Shown here in pieces: positions 1 through 13,835 of a DNA stretch of 64,000 bases (positions are counted from its first letter, which is position 1; the number at the start of each line of letters is the position of its first letter). The stretch lies in assembly GCA_000004695.1 (NCBI GenBank), contig CM000151.3, positions 960,001-1,024,000 of the forward strand, read 5' to 3'. Under the pieces are notes generated by a model that was not told where the DNA came from, did not search any database, and saw only the letters and a program-made list of their open reading frames with translations. Both the position numbers and the translations under genes were made by a program. The DNA comes from Dictyostelium discoideum. Its lineage: Eukaryota.

Positions 1-166
1 AAACAATCATCCAATCTTTTTGGAATCTGATCAAAATTATTTTTTCATTTTTTTTTTTTTTTTTTTTTTAAATTGTTTTTTTAATAATTATTTTTGAAAA
101 CCTATATCCAAAGATATTCAGATTGGTTTTAACTGCTTTTCCTTTAATGACAAACAATACTTCAAA

Positions 167-205
<39 letters not shown>

Positions 206-404
206 TCCTAAAAATAGTACCACCCACTAAAAAATAGTGGTGTAGAATCTAAATAAAAATACTATGATCTCAAGATGTGTGCCACAAATTATATAATTTT
301 TTTTAAAAAAAAAAAAAACTAATAAATTGGAAAAAAAAAAAAAAAAAACCCAATTTAAAAAAACCAAAAATATTAAATAAATAAATAAATAAAAATCCAC
401 AAAA

Positions 405-436
<32 letters not shown>

Positions 437-655
437 AAAAAAAAAGAAAAGAACAAATAAAAAATAAATTCATATTATTTGAATAACTTCCATTTATTGG
501 TTTTGTCTATTTTGGGTAAGCATTGTTTTTTTTTTTTTTTTTTATTTATTTTTTTTTTTTATTTTTATTTTTTTATTATTTTATTTTAAAAATATCAAAA
601 TTCGCAAACTGTGGATTATACTAAAAAAAATTAAAAAAAATATTTAAAAAAAAAA

Positions 656-701
<46 letters not shown>

Positions 702-1116
702 GTGGTTCAAATAACGCACTTTCATATAATTTTTTATGTACATATAATTTTAATAATCCTAAATACAGTAAAATAACAAAAAAAAAAAAAATTAATAATA
801 AATTAATTTTAAAAAAAAAAAATAGTAATAATAAAATAAGACCTCTTATTTTAAATATACTTCACTCTCTCCCAAGTGTATTTTTCAAATAAAAAAAAAT
901 AAAAATAAAAATAAAAATAAAAAACTAGATATAAAAATAAAAAATAAAAAATGGGGTAAATATATTTATACATATCATATATCTTTTGAAAAAAATAAAA
1001 AATAAAAAAAATAAAAATAATTGAATGAATAAAAAAAAAAACCAAATATAGAAAAAATAAAAAAAATAAAATAAAATAAAGTTATACTAATTCAAAAATT
1101 ATTATTATATATATAG

Positions 1117-4100
1117 AGAAGTAAGTTTAATCGGAATTACAGCTATCTTATGCCAAAAAACAGATGGTTTTTGGAAAAATATAGATGATTCTTTATGTAG
1201 ATTAGAAGTTTTAAAAAGTAATATAGATTCAAAATTTAGATTAGTTGCGATTTCAACTGATAATAGGGTATGTTTTTTTTTTTTTTTTTTTTTTTTTTTT
1301 CTTTTTTTCTTTTTTTTGTTTGGTTAAATAATTAAAATAAACTAACTTTACACTTATCCAATCTTACAATAATGATAGTGTATTTTTAATAAATGGGTTA
1401 GAACCAATAGTGAGATCACAAAATGTAGTGATCTATTTTTAGAGATAAAACAAGTATCATCTCAAAGTTCCAATGTAGAATATTTCGGTGTCAATTTCGC
1501 ATATAAACCTGAAGTTGACAAGTTTTATGCATGTTTTTCAAAATGTATTGAAACTTTACAAACACAAAGAAGACAAAGTACTCTAAATATACAAGCTCTT
1601 CAAATAAATAATGGTATGTATGAATTATTATTATTATGTATAATATACCAAAAATAATATTAATTCGCTTTTTTATTTATTTTTAAAGAATTACAACAAC
1701 AACTTCAACAGCAACAACAATTACCACCAATAGATCAATTACCACCACCACCAACATCAACATCAACATCAACAATATCAAATGCAAATATAAGTATATC
1801 AAATTCAATATCATATGATTCATTACATCAAATGGCGAGTGGTATTACATTAGAAGATTTACCACCACCACCACCATCAGCATCATCATTAATATTAAAT
1901 AATAATACACCATTAGATTTAACATCATTACCACCAATTGATTTTTCAAATTTACCACCACCACCAACAGGATTAATGACATCAAGATCATCATTAACAG
2001 AAGCTAATGGATTAGAGATTAAAAATAAATTATCACCATTATTAAATGGTGGTGCAAGTGGTTTATCATCTTCACCACCACCAACAACTGAATCAAAGAA
2101 TCAATTAAATTCAAGTAGTGGTAGTAATAATTCATCATCAGCACCACATTTAACTGATTTATTCTTACCAACAAATAATAATAATAGTAGTGGTAATCAA
2201 TCTGCATCAAATAGTAGTCCAACATCACAATACCATCAATCACAACCAAATTTACAACAATATGGTACTGCACCATTGACAGCAAGTAGTAAACTATTAC
2301 AACAGCAGCAACAACAACAACAACAACAACAACAAAATATAATTATGACAACAACTACAACTACAACAACTACAATTAATATAAAAACAGGATCAAGTTC
2401 TGATAGTTTTTTAAAGACAGCATCTGGTAGAAGATCAATCAGAGTTAGACATTCAACTAATCAAGCAGCAGATCAACAAAAGAAAACTATGGGTAGAAAA
2501 GATGGTTTAGCAGTTTCATTACAAAATGTTGAAGGTTTACAAAATATAGCAGAGAATTTAGAGGATGAAACTTTGAATCTATTGGATTTAGTCAATGAAC
2601 AAGTGGTAACACCAGAGATATCAAACAATGCCCATTTGAATCAATCATTAATGAAAATCTTTGAACATTTACAGGTATTATTTATTTTAACTGGTCAAGC
2701 ATCAACTCATCCAGGTGGTAAATTAATTACTCAAGTTGTAAATAAACTTGGTAGAGGACCACAAGCATCAGAATTCTTCTCTGGTAAATCAGTGGATGGA
2801 GGTTATCAATGGTATAATCTTGATGAGGTTAAAGATTCTGTCATTGGTATTCACAATTTATTAGCATTGAAAAAGAATCTTATCACAGCTATAGCTCATC
2901 TTTCAACTTGTGTAAGAGTGTTGGGTTTACAAGCTAGTCTTGAAATCGATTGGATGTCAAGAAATAAATCATCAGAAACAGAGAAAATAGTGGTACAATT
3001 GGCTTGTTTAACTAGAGAATTAATCAGTTCAATGTCAAGATTATTAGCTGCAACCGTAACCTATTGTTATGTTTGTTCTTCAATTGCTTTCATTAGAAAT
3101 CAACAACATTCTGCATCGGCCGATCATAATCAAGCATCCATTCAAAATAGAATTAGATCACCATCAACCATTGATACAATTAATATTTGGGATGAATTGA
3201 AAACCATTAAAACCATACCAACCGTACCAAAAGATGGTTCAATATTAAAGGTTACATTGAACCAATTGGTGTTAATGTTAACTTCGGAAACTTCATACGA
3301 TAGTAAATTCCTTAAAACTTTTATCACCACCTATCAATCATTCGCTTCACCTGGTGTTCTATTCACAAAGTTGATAGAACGTTTCTACGTACCAGAATGG
3401 TATAGTACTGTACCCACTAAAATTAGCACAATTCAACAAAAGGTAATCGTGGTTTTAAAATATTGGATTGAAAATCAATCATCGGATTTCGATCAAGATG
3501 TTATCGATCAAATTTACTTTTTCATTAATAATTTGGCAAATTCAAATGAAGGCTATTCAGAATTGTCTAGATTATTACGTGGTTTATTGGATAAAATGAT
3601 TCAAGATCGTGAAGTTAAATTTGAACTCCTATTTCAAATGCCACCAAGAATCTCTTTTGAAGAGGATTCAATCTTATCTCCAATTGAATTATTCTCTGAA
3701 TGGAGTGCTCAATCAATTGCTCAACAATTAACTCTAATAGATTTCTCTATCTTTAAAGATTTGGAAGCAAGAGAATTATTAAATCAAAATTTTAATAAAC
3801 CAAAATTAAAGTATAAATCACCAACAATTATGAGAATGATTTCAAAATCAACTCAAGTAAGTAAAAAAAAAAATTATTTAATAATAATAATAATAATTAA
3901 AAAAAAAAAAAAAAAAAAAATTTATTTACTTATATATTATTATTATTTTTTTATAATAGTTTTCATTTTGGGTTGCATATGTTATTTTAATGGAACCAAA
4001 AAAAGAAAAAAGAATTAAAATTTTTGAAAAGTTTTGTGAAGTTGGTAAATATTTATTAAAGATGAATAATTTCAATTCTTTAATGGGTTTAAATGCTGGT

Positions 4101-4640
4101 TTAAATTTAACTTGTGTTCATAGATTAAAGAAAACAAAGAAAAAGTTATCATCATCTGCTATTTCAATTTTAACTGAATTGGAAAGAATTTTCTCTTCAA
4201 AGAAATCTTTTAAAAATTATAGAGATCATTTATCAACTGTACAATTACCATGTATTCCATATTTGTATGTATTTTTTTTTTTTTTAAAAAAAAATATTCA
4301 ATAGAGGTTTATTTATTAATTTAATAATAATAATAATTTTTTTTTTTTTTTTTAATTTTAAATTTTAAATAGAGGATTTAATTTAACAGATATTACATTT
4401 ATTGAAGAAGGTAATACTGATAATATTTCATCAACGGATCCAGCAGCAGCAAATATTGGACCATTAATTAATTTTAAAAAGAGAGAATTACTTTACCAAG
4501 CATGGGCTGATCTTAGTAGATTCCAAGAAACTCCATACACTTTCCAACCTGAAGAACCATTAAATACTTTCTTATTAAATTTCCCAATTTTAGATGATAA
4601 AGAACTTTATGATTTATCAATTGCTCTCGAACCAAAATAA
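1117..4640 (+). CDS. Ras guanine-nucleotide exchange factor (RasGEF N-terminal/REM domain plus CDC25-homology catalytic domain). Exons 1117..1267(?), 1379..1613, 1689..3856, 3960..4264, 4373..4640. The 5' end is probably upstream of the window.
   Basis: The 728-aa ORF 1832..4018 carries the REM motif (TFITTYQSFASPGVLFTKLIERFYVPE...VVLKYWIENQ). The CDC25-domain motifs WSAQSIAQQLTLIDFSIFKDLEARELL and NFNSLMGLNAGLN are present, and CIPYL|GFNLTDITFIEEGN spans a GTATGT...AG intron. Donors are GTATGT/GTAAGT with T-rich AG acceptors; frame continuity was checked across introns 1268-1378, 1614-1688, 3857-3959 and 4265-4372. The exon at 1117 begins in phase 2 with no ATG, so further 5' exon(s) are implied. 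Confidence 0.8.
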
Positions 4641-4687
4641 AAAAAAAAATTAACATCGATATAAATAATAATTCTGAAAATAATAAT

Positions 4688-4820
<133 letters not shown>

Positions 4821-5143
4821 CCTCTTTTTAAAAGAAGAAGATATTTATTTACTCTCTCTATTTATAAAACAAAATATTAAAAAAAAAAAAAAGAAAAAAA
4901 AAAAAAAAAGAAAAAAAAAAAAAAAAGATATAAATAACAAAATATGATAAAATATTTGTAACAATAGTAATTTAAATAAAAGCTTAGCTCCTTTTTGGAT
5001 TCGAGTTTTCCAACAATTTATTTATTTATTTTTTAAAATACAATTTTTTTTTTTTTTTTTAAACAAGTTATTTTAAATTTACATTTAATTATTTTTTTTT
5101 TTTTATTATTATTGGAATAAAAATAATAATAAAAATAATTAAT

Positions 5144-5736
5144 TTATTCTAATTCAACCCCATTTCTAGTTTCTGTATCATAATTTTTCTTATCTTCTTC
5201 TTTGTTTTCTTTCTTTTTACTTAATGATACGAAACCTGGGTGGAATGGAATCCAAATACACATTAATAAAAACATTGGGAGAGTATCCAAACCATAGAAT
5301 AAAGGTTCGTTAATCATAACTGCTGAATGATAACCGCCTAATAATTTATAATATTAATTATTTAATTAATAATTTTACATTAGTTTTAATTAAAATTTCG
5401 AAGAAATAGAGAAAAAAAATAAAAAAAATAAATAAAAAAACTTACCTGCATATTCTGCAACACGATATATACTTCTTAAAATAATTAATATACCACTTGC
5501 AAATAAAGCAATAAATATAATTCTCCATTTTTTATCCTCTTCTTGTACTTTTAATACCTTAATATATAAATATATTATTAAAAAAAAGAATAATGTGAAT
5601 GAACATAAAGCTATACATAATCCTGTTAACATCACACCTTTTGCTGGCTTATCTAAATCAGGATTATCTGCTGATTGAGCTAAAAGTGCGCCACCAGCTA
5701 ATTTTATTTTAAAAAAATATTAAATAATTAATTAAG

Positions 5737-5768
<32 letters not shown>

Positions 5769-6313
5769 AATTACCTCCTTGAATAATAATTGAAAATATA
5801 TCCACTATTAAAAATAAATATTTAACAACGTTTGGTTTAAAAATTGGATGTTGTATTCCAGTTCTTTTCATAATTTTACCAAGTTGGGCAAATAAAAAAA
5901 CAGCTGCTAAAGCAGTTGGTGGTAATAGAATAAGTAATGTAGTTGCAATATATGTTCCAAGGACATGGGTGTCTTGGGCACTCTTAATTCTAATTGCATA
6001 TCCTATGACTGTAACTGTATATATTTATTTAATTAATTTTTTTTTTTTTAAAATAGAAAAGTAATTAGTAATCATTTTAGTAATTTCTTTTTTTTTTCCT
6101 TTATTTTTCTTTTTAATTGCCCCCCTTACCAATTCCTGCACCAGGTGCAACTAAAAAATAAAACTTTTTAAATTTTATTGATAAAATTATTAATACAAGA
6201 GACACTGTTGAAAAGCACACAATAGCTGCTATTGATAATCCTTGACTTGGTTCATATCCATATAAATTTGGATACTTTGGGAGGTCGGCTAAATTTACCG
6301 AAGAAGAATTCAT
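5144..6313 (-). CDS. RTA1-like multi-pass membrane protein (RTA1 / lipid-translocating exporter family). Exons (minus strand) 6130..6313, 5775..6014, 5446..5697, 5144..5337.
   Basis: The N-terminal YGYEPSQGLSIAAIVCFSTVSLV... is followed by seven or so hydrophobic helices, which is the typical RTA1 layout. Introns have GTAAGG/GTAATT/GTAAGT donors and T-rich AG acceptors. Exon lengths fit the reading phases (1/1/1) and a TAA stop at 5144. Confidence 0.75.
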
Positions 6314-7244
6314 TATGTTTAAAAAAAAAAAATTTATTGCAATATTTTATTATTTTATTTATTTATTTATTTATTTTAATTATTTATTTAATTATTATAT
6401 AATAACTATATAATTAATTTTTAATTTAATTTTTTTTTTTTATTTTTTTTTTTTCCCCTTTGGTTTAAAAATAAATATTTTTTAGTAAATATTTTAAGTT
6501 CCCACCTTACAACTCTTATTTTAAATAAAAGAGAAAAAAAAAAAAATTGTTTGTATATTGTAAGCATTAAAAAAAAAAAAAAAAAATTATTTTTAATTAT
6601 TTTAAAAAAAGATTGGTGTTGGGATTATTTCCAAAAATATCAATTCCATGTCGCGATAACTTGAATTAATTCAGAAAACAAATTGTGATATCATTGTTTT
6701 AATTCTATTGTTTTTTATTTTTGTTTTGACTCTATGGAGAATTTTTATTTTGTTGGAGTTGTAACCTTCGCAAACATTAAAACTGACCCCCTAAAAAATA
6801 AAAAGGTTTTTTTTTTTTATTTTAAAATAAAAACGTTTAAATTATTTTAATTTTAATTTTTTTTTTTTTTAAAAAATAAAAAATCGGGTTGGAGTTTGTA
6901 ATATGCTTTGTTGTTTTTTTTTTTTTTTTAAAAACAAAATGTAAAAAATAAAAATCATCAATGTAACTTTCCCAAAATGGTATTTTTTTCTTTTCATTTC
7001 AAAAATGTGACAATAACAACAAATCATTTTTTTACTTTTTTTCTTTTTTTTTTAAATAAGTATTAGAGTTTTAAAATTAAAATATAAAAAAAAAAAAAAA
7101 AAAACAAAAAAACATTTAAAATGTATTTGTGCGGATATTAAAATATTTTAAATGTCTTTTTTTATTTTTTTTTTTTATATATAAATTTTAAAACTCTACC
7201 ACTTATTTTTTTATATTTAATTTTTTTTTATTATTTGTTTTTTA

Positions 7245-7275
<31 letters not shown>

Positions 7276-7333
7276 TTTTCAGAATTTTATTTTTACACAC
7301 GCACAAAAAAAAGAACATGAGGTCTTAAGACTA

Positions 7334-7781
7334 TTAATATTGATATTTTCCCAATTCAAATTTTGTTTCTGAATTTCTTTTTAAGCAATGAAATTGTTTG
7401 AATGACTCTGTGACATAAACTAAGGTTTCACCTGAAACGAAATCATCTGATGGTGCAAATAGGATATCATGCAATGAAATAGCAATAGCATTTTCAGGAA
7501 CTACACCATTTGCCAACTTTTGGCTAAACCCATCACAAAAATAAATATAGCTTACAGAATTTGGAATTGAACCTTTCACAAGTTGATAATCAATATTGAA
7601 AATATAAAGATTTTCAATTGATGGTGGCAATGACTTAAGTGATTGGTTAAATCCATCTGGCAACAATAATCTTATACAAGAGGATGGAAAAATTGGTGGT
7701 AAATTTTGGCCAACTCCAATTGCAATATTTTCAGTTTCAGGAACAATACCTCCATTTTCATAGATTGTAAATTCTACACCA

Positions 7782-7832
<51 letters not shown>

Positions 7833-8109
7833 AATAATAATTAGTACAATTTTAAAATATTCATTTCTTATTATTAGTATATATAATTAAAAAAATATTA
7901 CCAAATATAGTTTTTTTTAAAACTTTATTTTGTGGTACTATGTAAGATAGTTTTTCTTCTTGTTGTTGGGATTTAATATTTAATTGCATTTGAGATTTCA
8001 AAAGATGTTCATAAATTTTTTCTTGTACTAATTGTTCGCGAAATTGGTTATTAAATGATATAACACCCTCTTCTTTTTCAATAGAAATATCATTTTCATC
8101 TGTTTTATT

Positions 8110-8199
<90 letters not shown>

Positions 8200-8964
8200 A
8201 ATGTTTGTTGTATTATTTTTATCATCATCATTTATTGGTTCATCTAAAATTTCAGAAGGATTTTTTGGTATTATAAAATCATCTTGAGATTCACCAATTA
8301 TTTTAAAAGTTTTCTCATATAAAATATCTTTTATTAATTGAATTTGATCAGGTTCAATTGAAAATGTAATATTACGATAATTTGGTAATGGGTCATCCAA
8401 ACTTGATAGTAATTTTTTTGATTGTTCATAATGTTTTAAAACTGCTACATAATTAGATGTTTGAATTTCATTTTCATTATCATATAAATCTGAAAGGTGT
8501 GAAATTGATGATTTAATTGTTTTCAATTTTTGATCAATATGCATATGGATATCATCACATTTTTGACATTCTGTGGAAATTTCACTTAATAAATTATTTA
8601 GAACCAATGTAACATGTCTTATGATTCTATCAGCTTCAGTTTTAACTATATTACCGATTTTTTCAAGTTTGCTTTTTTTTTCTTCATGTTCCATATCTGA
8701 TTTCTTTAAAACTTTTTCTATGGATTTTGAAAAGTTTTTAAAAATTGGAATTGTTTTTTTTAATTTTGAAATCATTGGAGAAACATATTCATCTTTAAGT
8801 AATTTAAATGTATGACTTCTATGTTTATCGCTTGTTATACATATGATACATACTGGTTCTTCACATTCAATACAAACTGATTTAATTATTTCTGATGGAT
8901 GTTCTAAACATTCATTATTACATTGAGGTTGTACAATATTATTTTCTTCCATTTTTTTTTTCAC
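7334..8964 (-). CDS. B-box zinc-finger / coiled-coil protein with C-terminal FNIP repeats (Dictyostelium bbox-FNIP family). Exons 7902..8964 and 7334..7782.
   Basis: A B-box-like C/H cluster (CNNECLEHP...CIECEEPVCIICITSDKHRSHTF) is followed by a long helical segment and a poly-N tract. The 3' exon carries FNIP-type repeats (LPDGFNQSLKSLPPSIENLYIFNIDYQ..., IYFCDGFSQ...). The intron runs GTAATA...TTTTTTTAG with phase 1 verified. Confidence 0.75.
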
Positions 8965-9620
8965 CTTTTTTCAAAATGTGTATTAAAAAAAATAATAATA
9001 ATAAAAAATAAAAATAAAAATAAAAATAATATAAAAATTGAGATTTAGGGTCACCACAAATAATAAAAAAAAAAAAAAAAAAAAAAATAAAAAAATAATA
9101 AAAACAATTGAGATTTAAATCACACACAAAAAATTTGTTGTAACATTTGAATTTTTTGTTGTTACTTTTTTGATATTTACCATAAAACTCCATTTTTTTA
9201 TTGGGTTTGTGGGTGTGATGCGGGGGTGTTTTTTTTTTTTTTTTTTTTTTTGAATATTGACAAACTAAAAATAGAAAGCTTAGAATCTTGAGAAAAAAAA
9301 AAAAAAAAAAAAAAAAAAATTACACAAAAAATTATTTATAAATAAAAAATAAACAGTTTATAATATACTAATTAGTAATTTAATAATAAATTTTTAATAC
9401 ATCCATAACAAAACTTTGGAATTTTCTAAAAATTCCATTTTTCTTTTTATTAAAAAAAGAAATTGAAAATAAGTTGCCACGTTGCATTGTTTCTTTTTTT
9501 TTTTTTTTTTTTTTGTTTTTTTTATTTTTACTTTTTTGATTTTTTTTAAAAAGCAACAAATCAGTCCCTGTTAAATATTTATTTGAAAAAAACAAAAAAA
9601 AAAAAAAAAAATAAAATAAA

Positions 9621-10469
9621 ATGTTTAATTTAGTTTTAAAGTCTAGAATTTTAAAACCATCAGCATCAATAATATTTAAGAGAAACTTCTCTATTATTGG
9701 TGGTAATAAAATGATATTAAGACAAGAAAATAATATACCTATCAATAATAGAAATATTAATAATCAATTTTCATCCAATGTTATTAATAGTAGAACCACT
9801 ACTGCCACAGCTACATATAAACCTGAAATTCTATTAGATATTCAACAACCACAACAATTAGTGCAACAACAACAACCACAACAACTACAATTACCATCAC
9901 CAACATTAATTGGTAAATTAGTAACATTAAGAAAAATGAAAATTGAAGATAGAGATGACATTTTAAAAGCATCAACAGATGGTGAATTATGGAATTTAAA
10001 AGTAACGATTGTACCAGGCCCAACAACAGTTGATAAATATATTGATATAGCAATGGGAGGAGCTTCCAATGGTACTGTTATACCATTTGTAATTATAAAT
10101 AATGAAAATGGAAAAATCATTGGATCAACTAGATTTTGGAAAGTTGATATTGTGAATAGAAAACTTGAGATTGGACATACTTGGTTAAGTAAATCAATTC
10201 AAAGATCAGGAGTAAATACTGAATGTAAATATCTATTATTAAAATTTGCATTTGAAGAAATGAATGCAATTCGTGTTCAATTTACAACTGATGAATTAAA
10301 TGAAGCTTCTCAAAAAGCAATCTTAAGAATTGGTGCCATCAAAGAAGGTATCATTAGACATGAAAGAATTATGCCAGATGGTCGTAAAAGAAATTCAATT
10401 AGATATAGTATAATCGATTCTGAATGGAAACAAGTTAAATTAAAATTATCAAATATGATGAATAAATAA
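9621..10469 (+). CDS. GNAT-family N-acetyltransferase (RimJ/RimL-like, Acetyltransf_3) with an N-terminal mitochondrial-presequence-like segment
   Basis: Single exon with ATG at 9621. The block GKLVTLRKMKIEDRDDILKAS...IGHTWLSKSIQRSGVNTECKYLLLKFAFEEMNAIRVQF matches the GNAT fold pattern. The N-terminus MFNLVLKSRILKPSASIIFKRNFS is amphipathic and basic. Confidence 0.7.
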   Translation: MFNLVLKSRILKPSASIIFKRNFSIIGGNKMILRQENNIPINNRNINNQFSSNVINSRTTTATATYKPEILLDIQQPQQLVQQQQPQQLQLPSPTLIGKLVTLRKMKIEDRDDILKASTDGELWNLKVTIVPGPTTVDKYIDIAMGGASNGTVIPFVIINNENGKIIGSTRFWKVDIVNRKLEIGHTWLSKSIQRSGVNTECKYLLLKFAFEEMNAIRVQFTTDELNEASQKAILRIGAIKEGIIRHERIMPDGRKRNSIRYSIIDSEWKQVKLKLSNMMNK

Positions 10470-10612
10470 AAAATAAAAAATAAAAAAATAAAAAATATTA
10501 TTTTATCATTATTTTATTTATTTATTTTAATTATTTATTTTAATTATTTATTTTAATTATTTATTTTAATTATTATTGTTATTATTATTATTTTATTTTT
10601 TTCATTAATTTT

Positions 10613-13266
10613 TTATTCTTGATAAATATATTTTAAATTTAAACTTGGATTCATTTCTTTCATTTCATCAATGATTTTATCAGATTTAAAATTTGGATCA
10701 GATTTTAAAGAATCGAAATATTTATCAATGATAATTGCCAACATACGATAGCAAGTGTAAATTTCAGTGATTACTAAATTAAAGATTTGAGTTTGAGCAT
10801 ATTGACATTGAGAGAAATGATTGATAGAGTTGTTACGAATTGCAGCTATAGCAGATCTCCAATTTTGTTCGAAAGCATGAAGAATCTTTGTAACATTTGA
10901 AGTGTTGAAAGAAGGATTCTCTTTGAGATCGATTTTAACATTTGATTCAACCAATGGACCCCATTCCCAAGAGAAAGAGATGAAATGTGATAAATATTTT
11001 AGATTTGCGATTTGAGTATCAACATATTTCTTTGCAACTGATTGAAAACTTTTATAGAATGGTTTAATGGTTATATCTTGATCAGGTGGTATAATGTCAC
11101 CATTGGTAGCGGTACCACCAGTGCCATTACTACTAACGACGTATTCTTGGATCGATTGAACCACAATGGCATAGTTATTAGCCAAGAATATGATTTGATC
11201 ATCTTTTGATTCGATTTCTTGTACCAATCTATTGATTAACCCATTACAACTATCCTTCAACTCTGCAACTGCTTTACATAGAATATTTTGACACTCACAT
11301 TGTGTTGGAATGTTTGCAGAAACCGCTTGAATTGTTGTTATGAAATCTGCATACTTTCTAATTACATAATGTGGTGAATTACAAGAGATACCAGCTTTTA
11401 AATCTTTAATCGATGTATTTTTAATATGATCCAAATACAATGAGAATAATTTTACAAATCTATTGGAAATCATTGCAATCAATCTATCGAATGGTTTATC
11501 CAATGCATTTACACCACGTTCATTCATCATTGATCTATAACGATACAACATTGATATCATCAATACCAATCCAACCACATCATAACTATTAGCAAGATAA
11601 TTCTCTGTAACTTCAACCAAATGATTAATTGAACGTGTAAATATTGATAAAATAATATCCTCACCACCTAAAAAGAAATCCTTTACAAATAATGTTTCTG
11701 AACCTAAAATATCCATTAAAAAATAAATCATTGATCTAAATAATTGATCAAATGAATATTTTACTGATGGTAATTCTTTACCTGATTCTTTTGAATTATT
11801 ATTACTATTACTATTGCTATTATTATTATTAGTATTTACAATCGGTATAAATTCTAAAGCTGCTTCTAAAAATGGTATTGAACTTGATGATTGTGGTGGT
11901 TCAATTGGTGGTAATTCTAAAACTTCTTTAACTAATAATTCGCATCTATTACCCATTGAAAATGTTGTATGTAATTGTTGTTGTTGTTGCTGTTGTTGCT
12001 GTTGTCCATTATTATTATTATTACTATTTTTACTTGGTGTTGAATTAAATAAACTTTTAATTTTACCAGTACCAATATTAATGAAATCATTTTTACCAGG
12101 TGCACCATCTTCTAATAATTTTAATAACGCACTAACATATGCTTTATAGAATGATGTGAAATACTTTTCATTATTTTCAACATATGATAAAATTACTTCA
12201 CTTGCAATATATTGTGAATATTTAAATAAGAATTGAAATAGGTAACCCATATTTGCCAATTGTTTTTGTTTTTGTTTCTTTTCTGCTAATTTCTTAAAAT
12301 TTGAATTTAAAGTTGTTGCTAAATATTTTTGAATCTTTTGAATTGATGCCACTGTTAATTTACTTAATTGTGGTTCATTCATTGCACAAATTGTTGGTGA
12401 TATCTTTTTATAATCATCAAATAATGTTATCTTTGTATCTAATTTTGTTAAATTTGAAATATAATAATCATCAATACCATTTTTTGAATTTGTTAAATCA
12501 CTTTTTTAAATAAATAAATAAAAAGTTAGTTTTTTTTTTATTTTTTTTTTTTTTTTCTATTATAATATGTTTATGTGTAATAAATATTACCTATAAAATT
12601 CAGGATCAATAATTACAGCATCTAAAAATTTTGATAATTTTTCATCAAATAATTTTCTATTATTTAATTTATGATTCATTGACATTGATCTTTCTTGAAG
12701 TGAATTCATTTCTGAACCAATACTTTTTAAATCATTATAATAATTATTTAACATTGTTTCTAATGTTTCTAATACTCCATCAACAACTTGAATTTGTGTA
12801 TATAATGTTAAAAAATTATCTCTTTCTTGAAAATCTAATTATAATTAAATTTAAAAATAAGAATAATAATAATAATATGTATTAACATCTTTAATCTATT
12901 ATCTATGTGTTTTCTTATATATACTTACAATCATTAATTGTCATTTTATCCATTTGATTTAAATTATTTTCAACATCTTTTGAATATTGTCTAAGATCAT
13001 ATCCTTTTATTAATGCTTCTTTAATTAATTCTTGATCTGTATATGTGAAAAATAATGATAATCATTAATATTAAATAAATAAATAAATAAATATACATAT
13101 AATAATTACCAGCTGCAGATATTGAATCATCATCAAAATCAGAACCTAAAATAGTTGTAATATCTAATTCACCTAAATCTTCAAGTTCTTCTCTTTCCTT
13201 TCTTAAATCTTCTAATAATAATTTAGATGATTGTTTCATAAAATGTTTACTTGGTGTTGAACTCAT
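10613..13266 (-). CDS. vps52: Vps52 (GARP complex subunit). Exons (minus strand) 13110..13266, 12929..13036, 12591..12834, 10613..12500.
   Basis: From memory, human VPS52 aligns at GELDIT, ELIKEALIKGYDLRQYSK, TINDYFQERDNFLTLYTQI (human IRDYIQESENIHNLHNQI), SPHYVIRKYADFITTIQAVSANIP (human RPHYITRRYAEFSSALVSINQTIP) and DQIIFLANNYAIVVQSI (human EQLVFLINNYDMMLGVL). Introns have GTAATT/GTAAGT/GTAATA donors and AG acceptors; phases 1, 1 and 2 were checked. Confidence 0.85.
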
Positions 13267-13835
13267 CTTTTTTTAATTATCTGTATCGTAATAACATTAA
13301 AAATACACCTTTTTTTTATTATTTTCTATTATTTTTTTTTTTTTTCTTTTTTTTTTTTTTTTTGAAGTGTAGTAGTTATTATATTACACAATAAATAATA
13401 TTTTATTTTTTTTTTTTTTTTCTTTTGTGATTTTTTTTTTTTTTTTTTTTTTTTTTCAAAAAAACTGGTAATTTTTTTTTTTTTTTTTTTTTTTTTTAAA
13501 TAATTTTTTTTTTTTATTTTCGATTTGTTTTCTGGTTAATTCCAAAAAAAATTTTAATTATCTTTAACTTTAAAAGTATTATTTTTTTATTTATTATTTG
13601 AATAAAATTAAAATTAAGATTATTATAGAATAAATAAAAATTTTTAATTTTTATTATATTATTTGATCATTTTCAAATAATTTTTATTTTTATTTTTTTT
13701 TTATTTTTTTTATTTATATTTATAAATAATTTTTTTTTTTTATATTTATTGATAATTATAAAATAAATAGGTATAAAAATAATTTATAAATTTATTATTA
13801 TTATTATTATTAATATTATTATTATTAAACCAAAT

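Noticed and set aside
205-245. Palindrome accacccactaaaaaatagtggtgt as a regulatory hairpin or terminator
   Set aside because: It is a single imperfect 8-bp inverted repeat in a long AT-rich tract. It has no supporting context, so there is too little to call.
851-1045. Small ORFs in AT-rich intergenic DNA (851..1045-, 9380..9745-, 8939..9193-, 19739..19942-, 25311..25535+, 27433..27732-, 28073..28288-, 45916..46116-, 46623..46877-, 54017..54241+)
   Set aside because: They are homopolymer- or poly-F/K-rich, have no splice context or homology, and lie in promoter or terminator-like regions.
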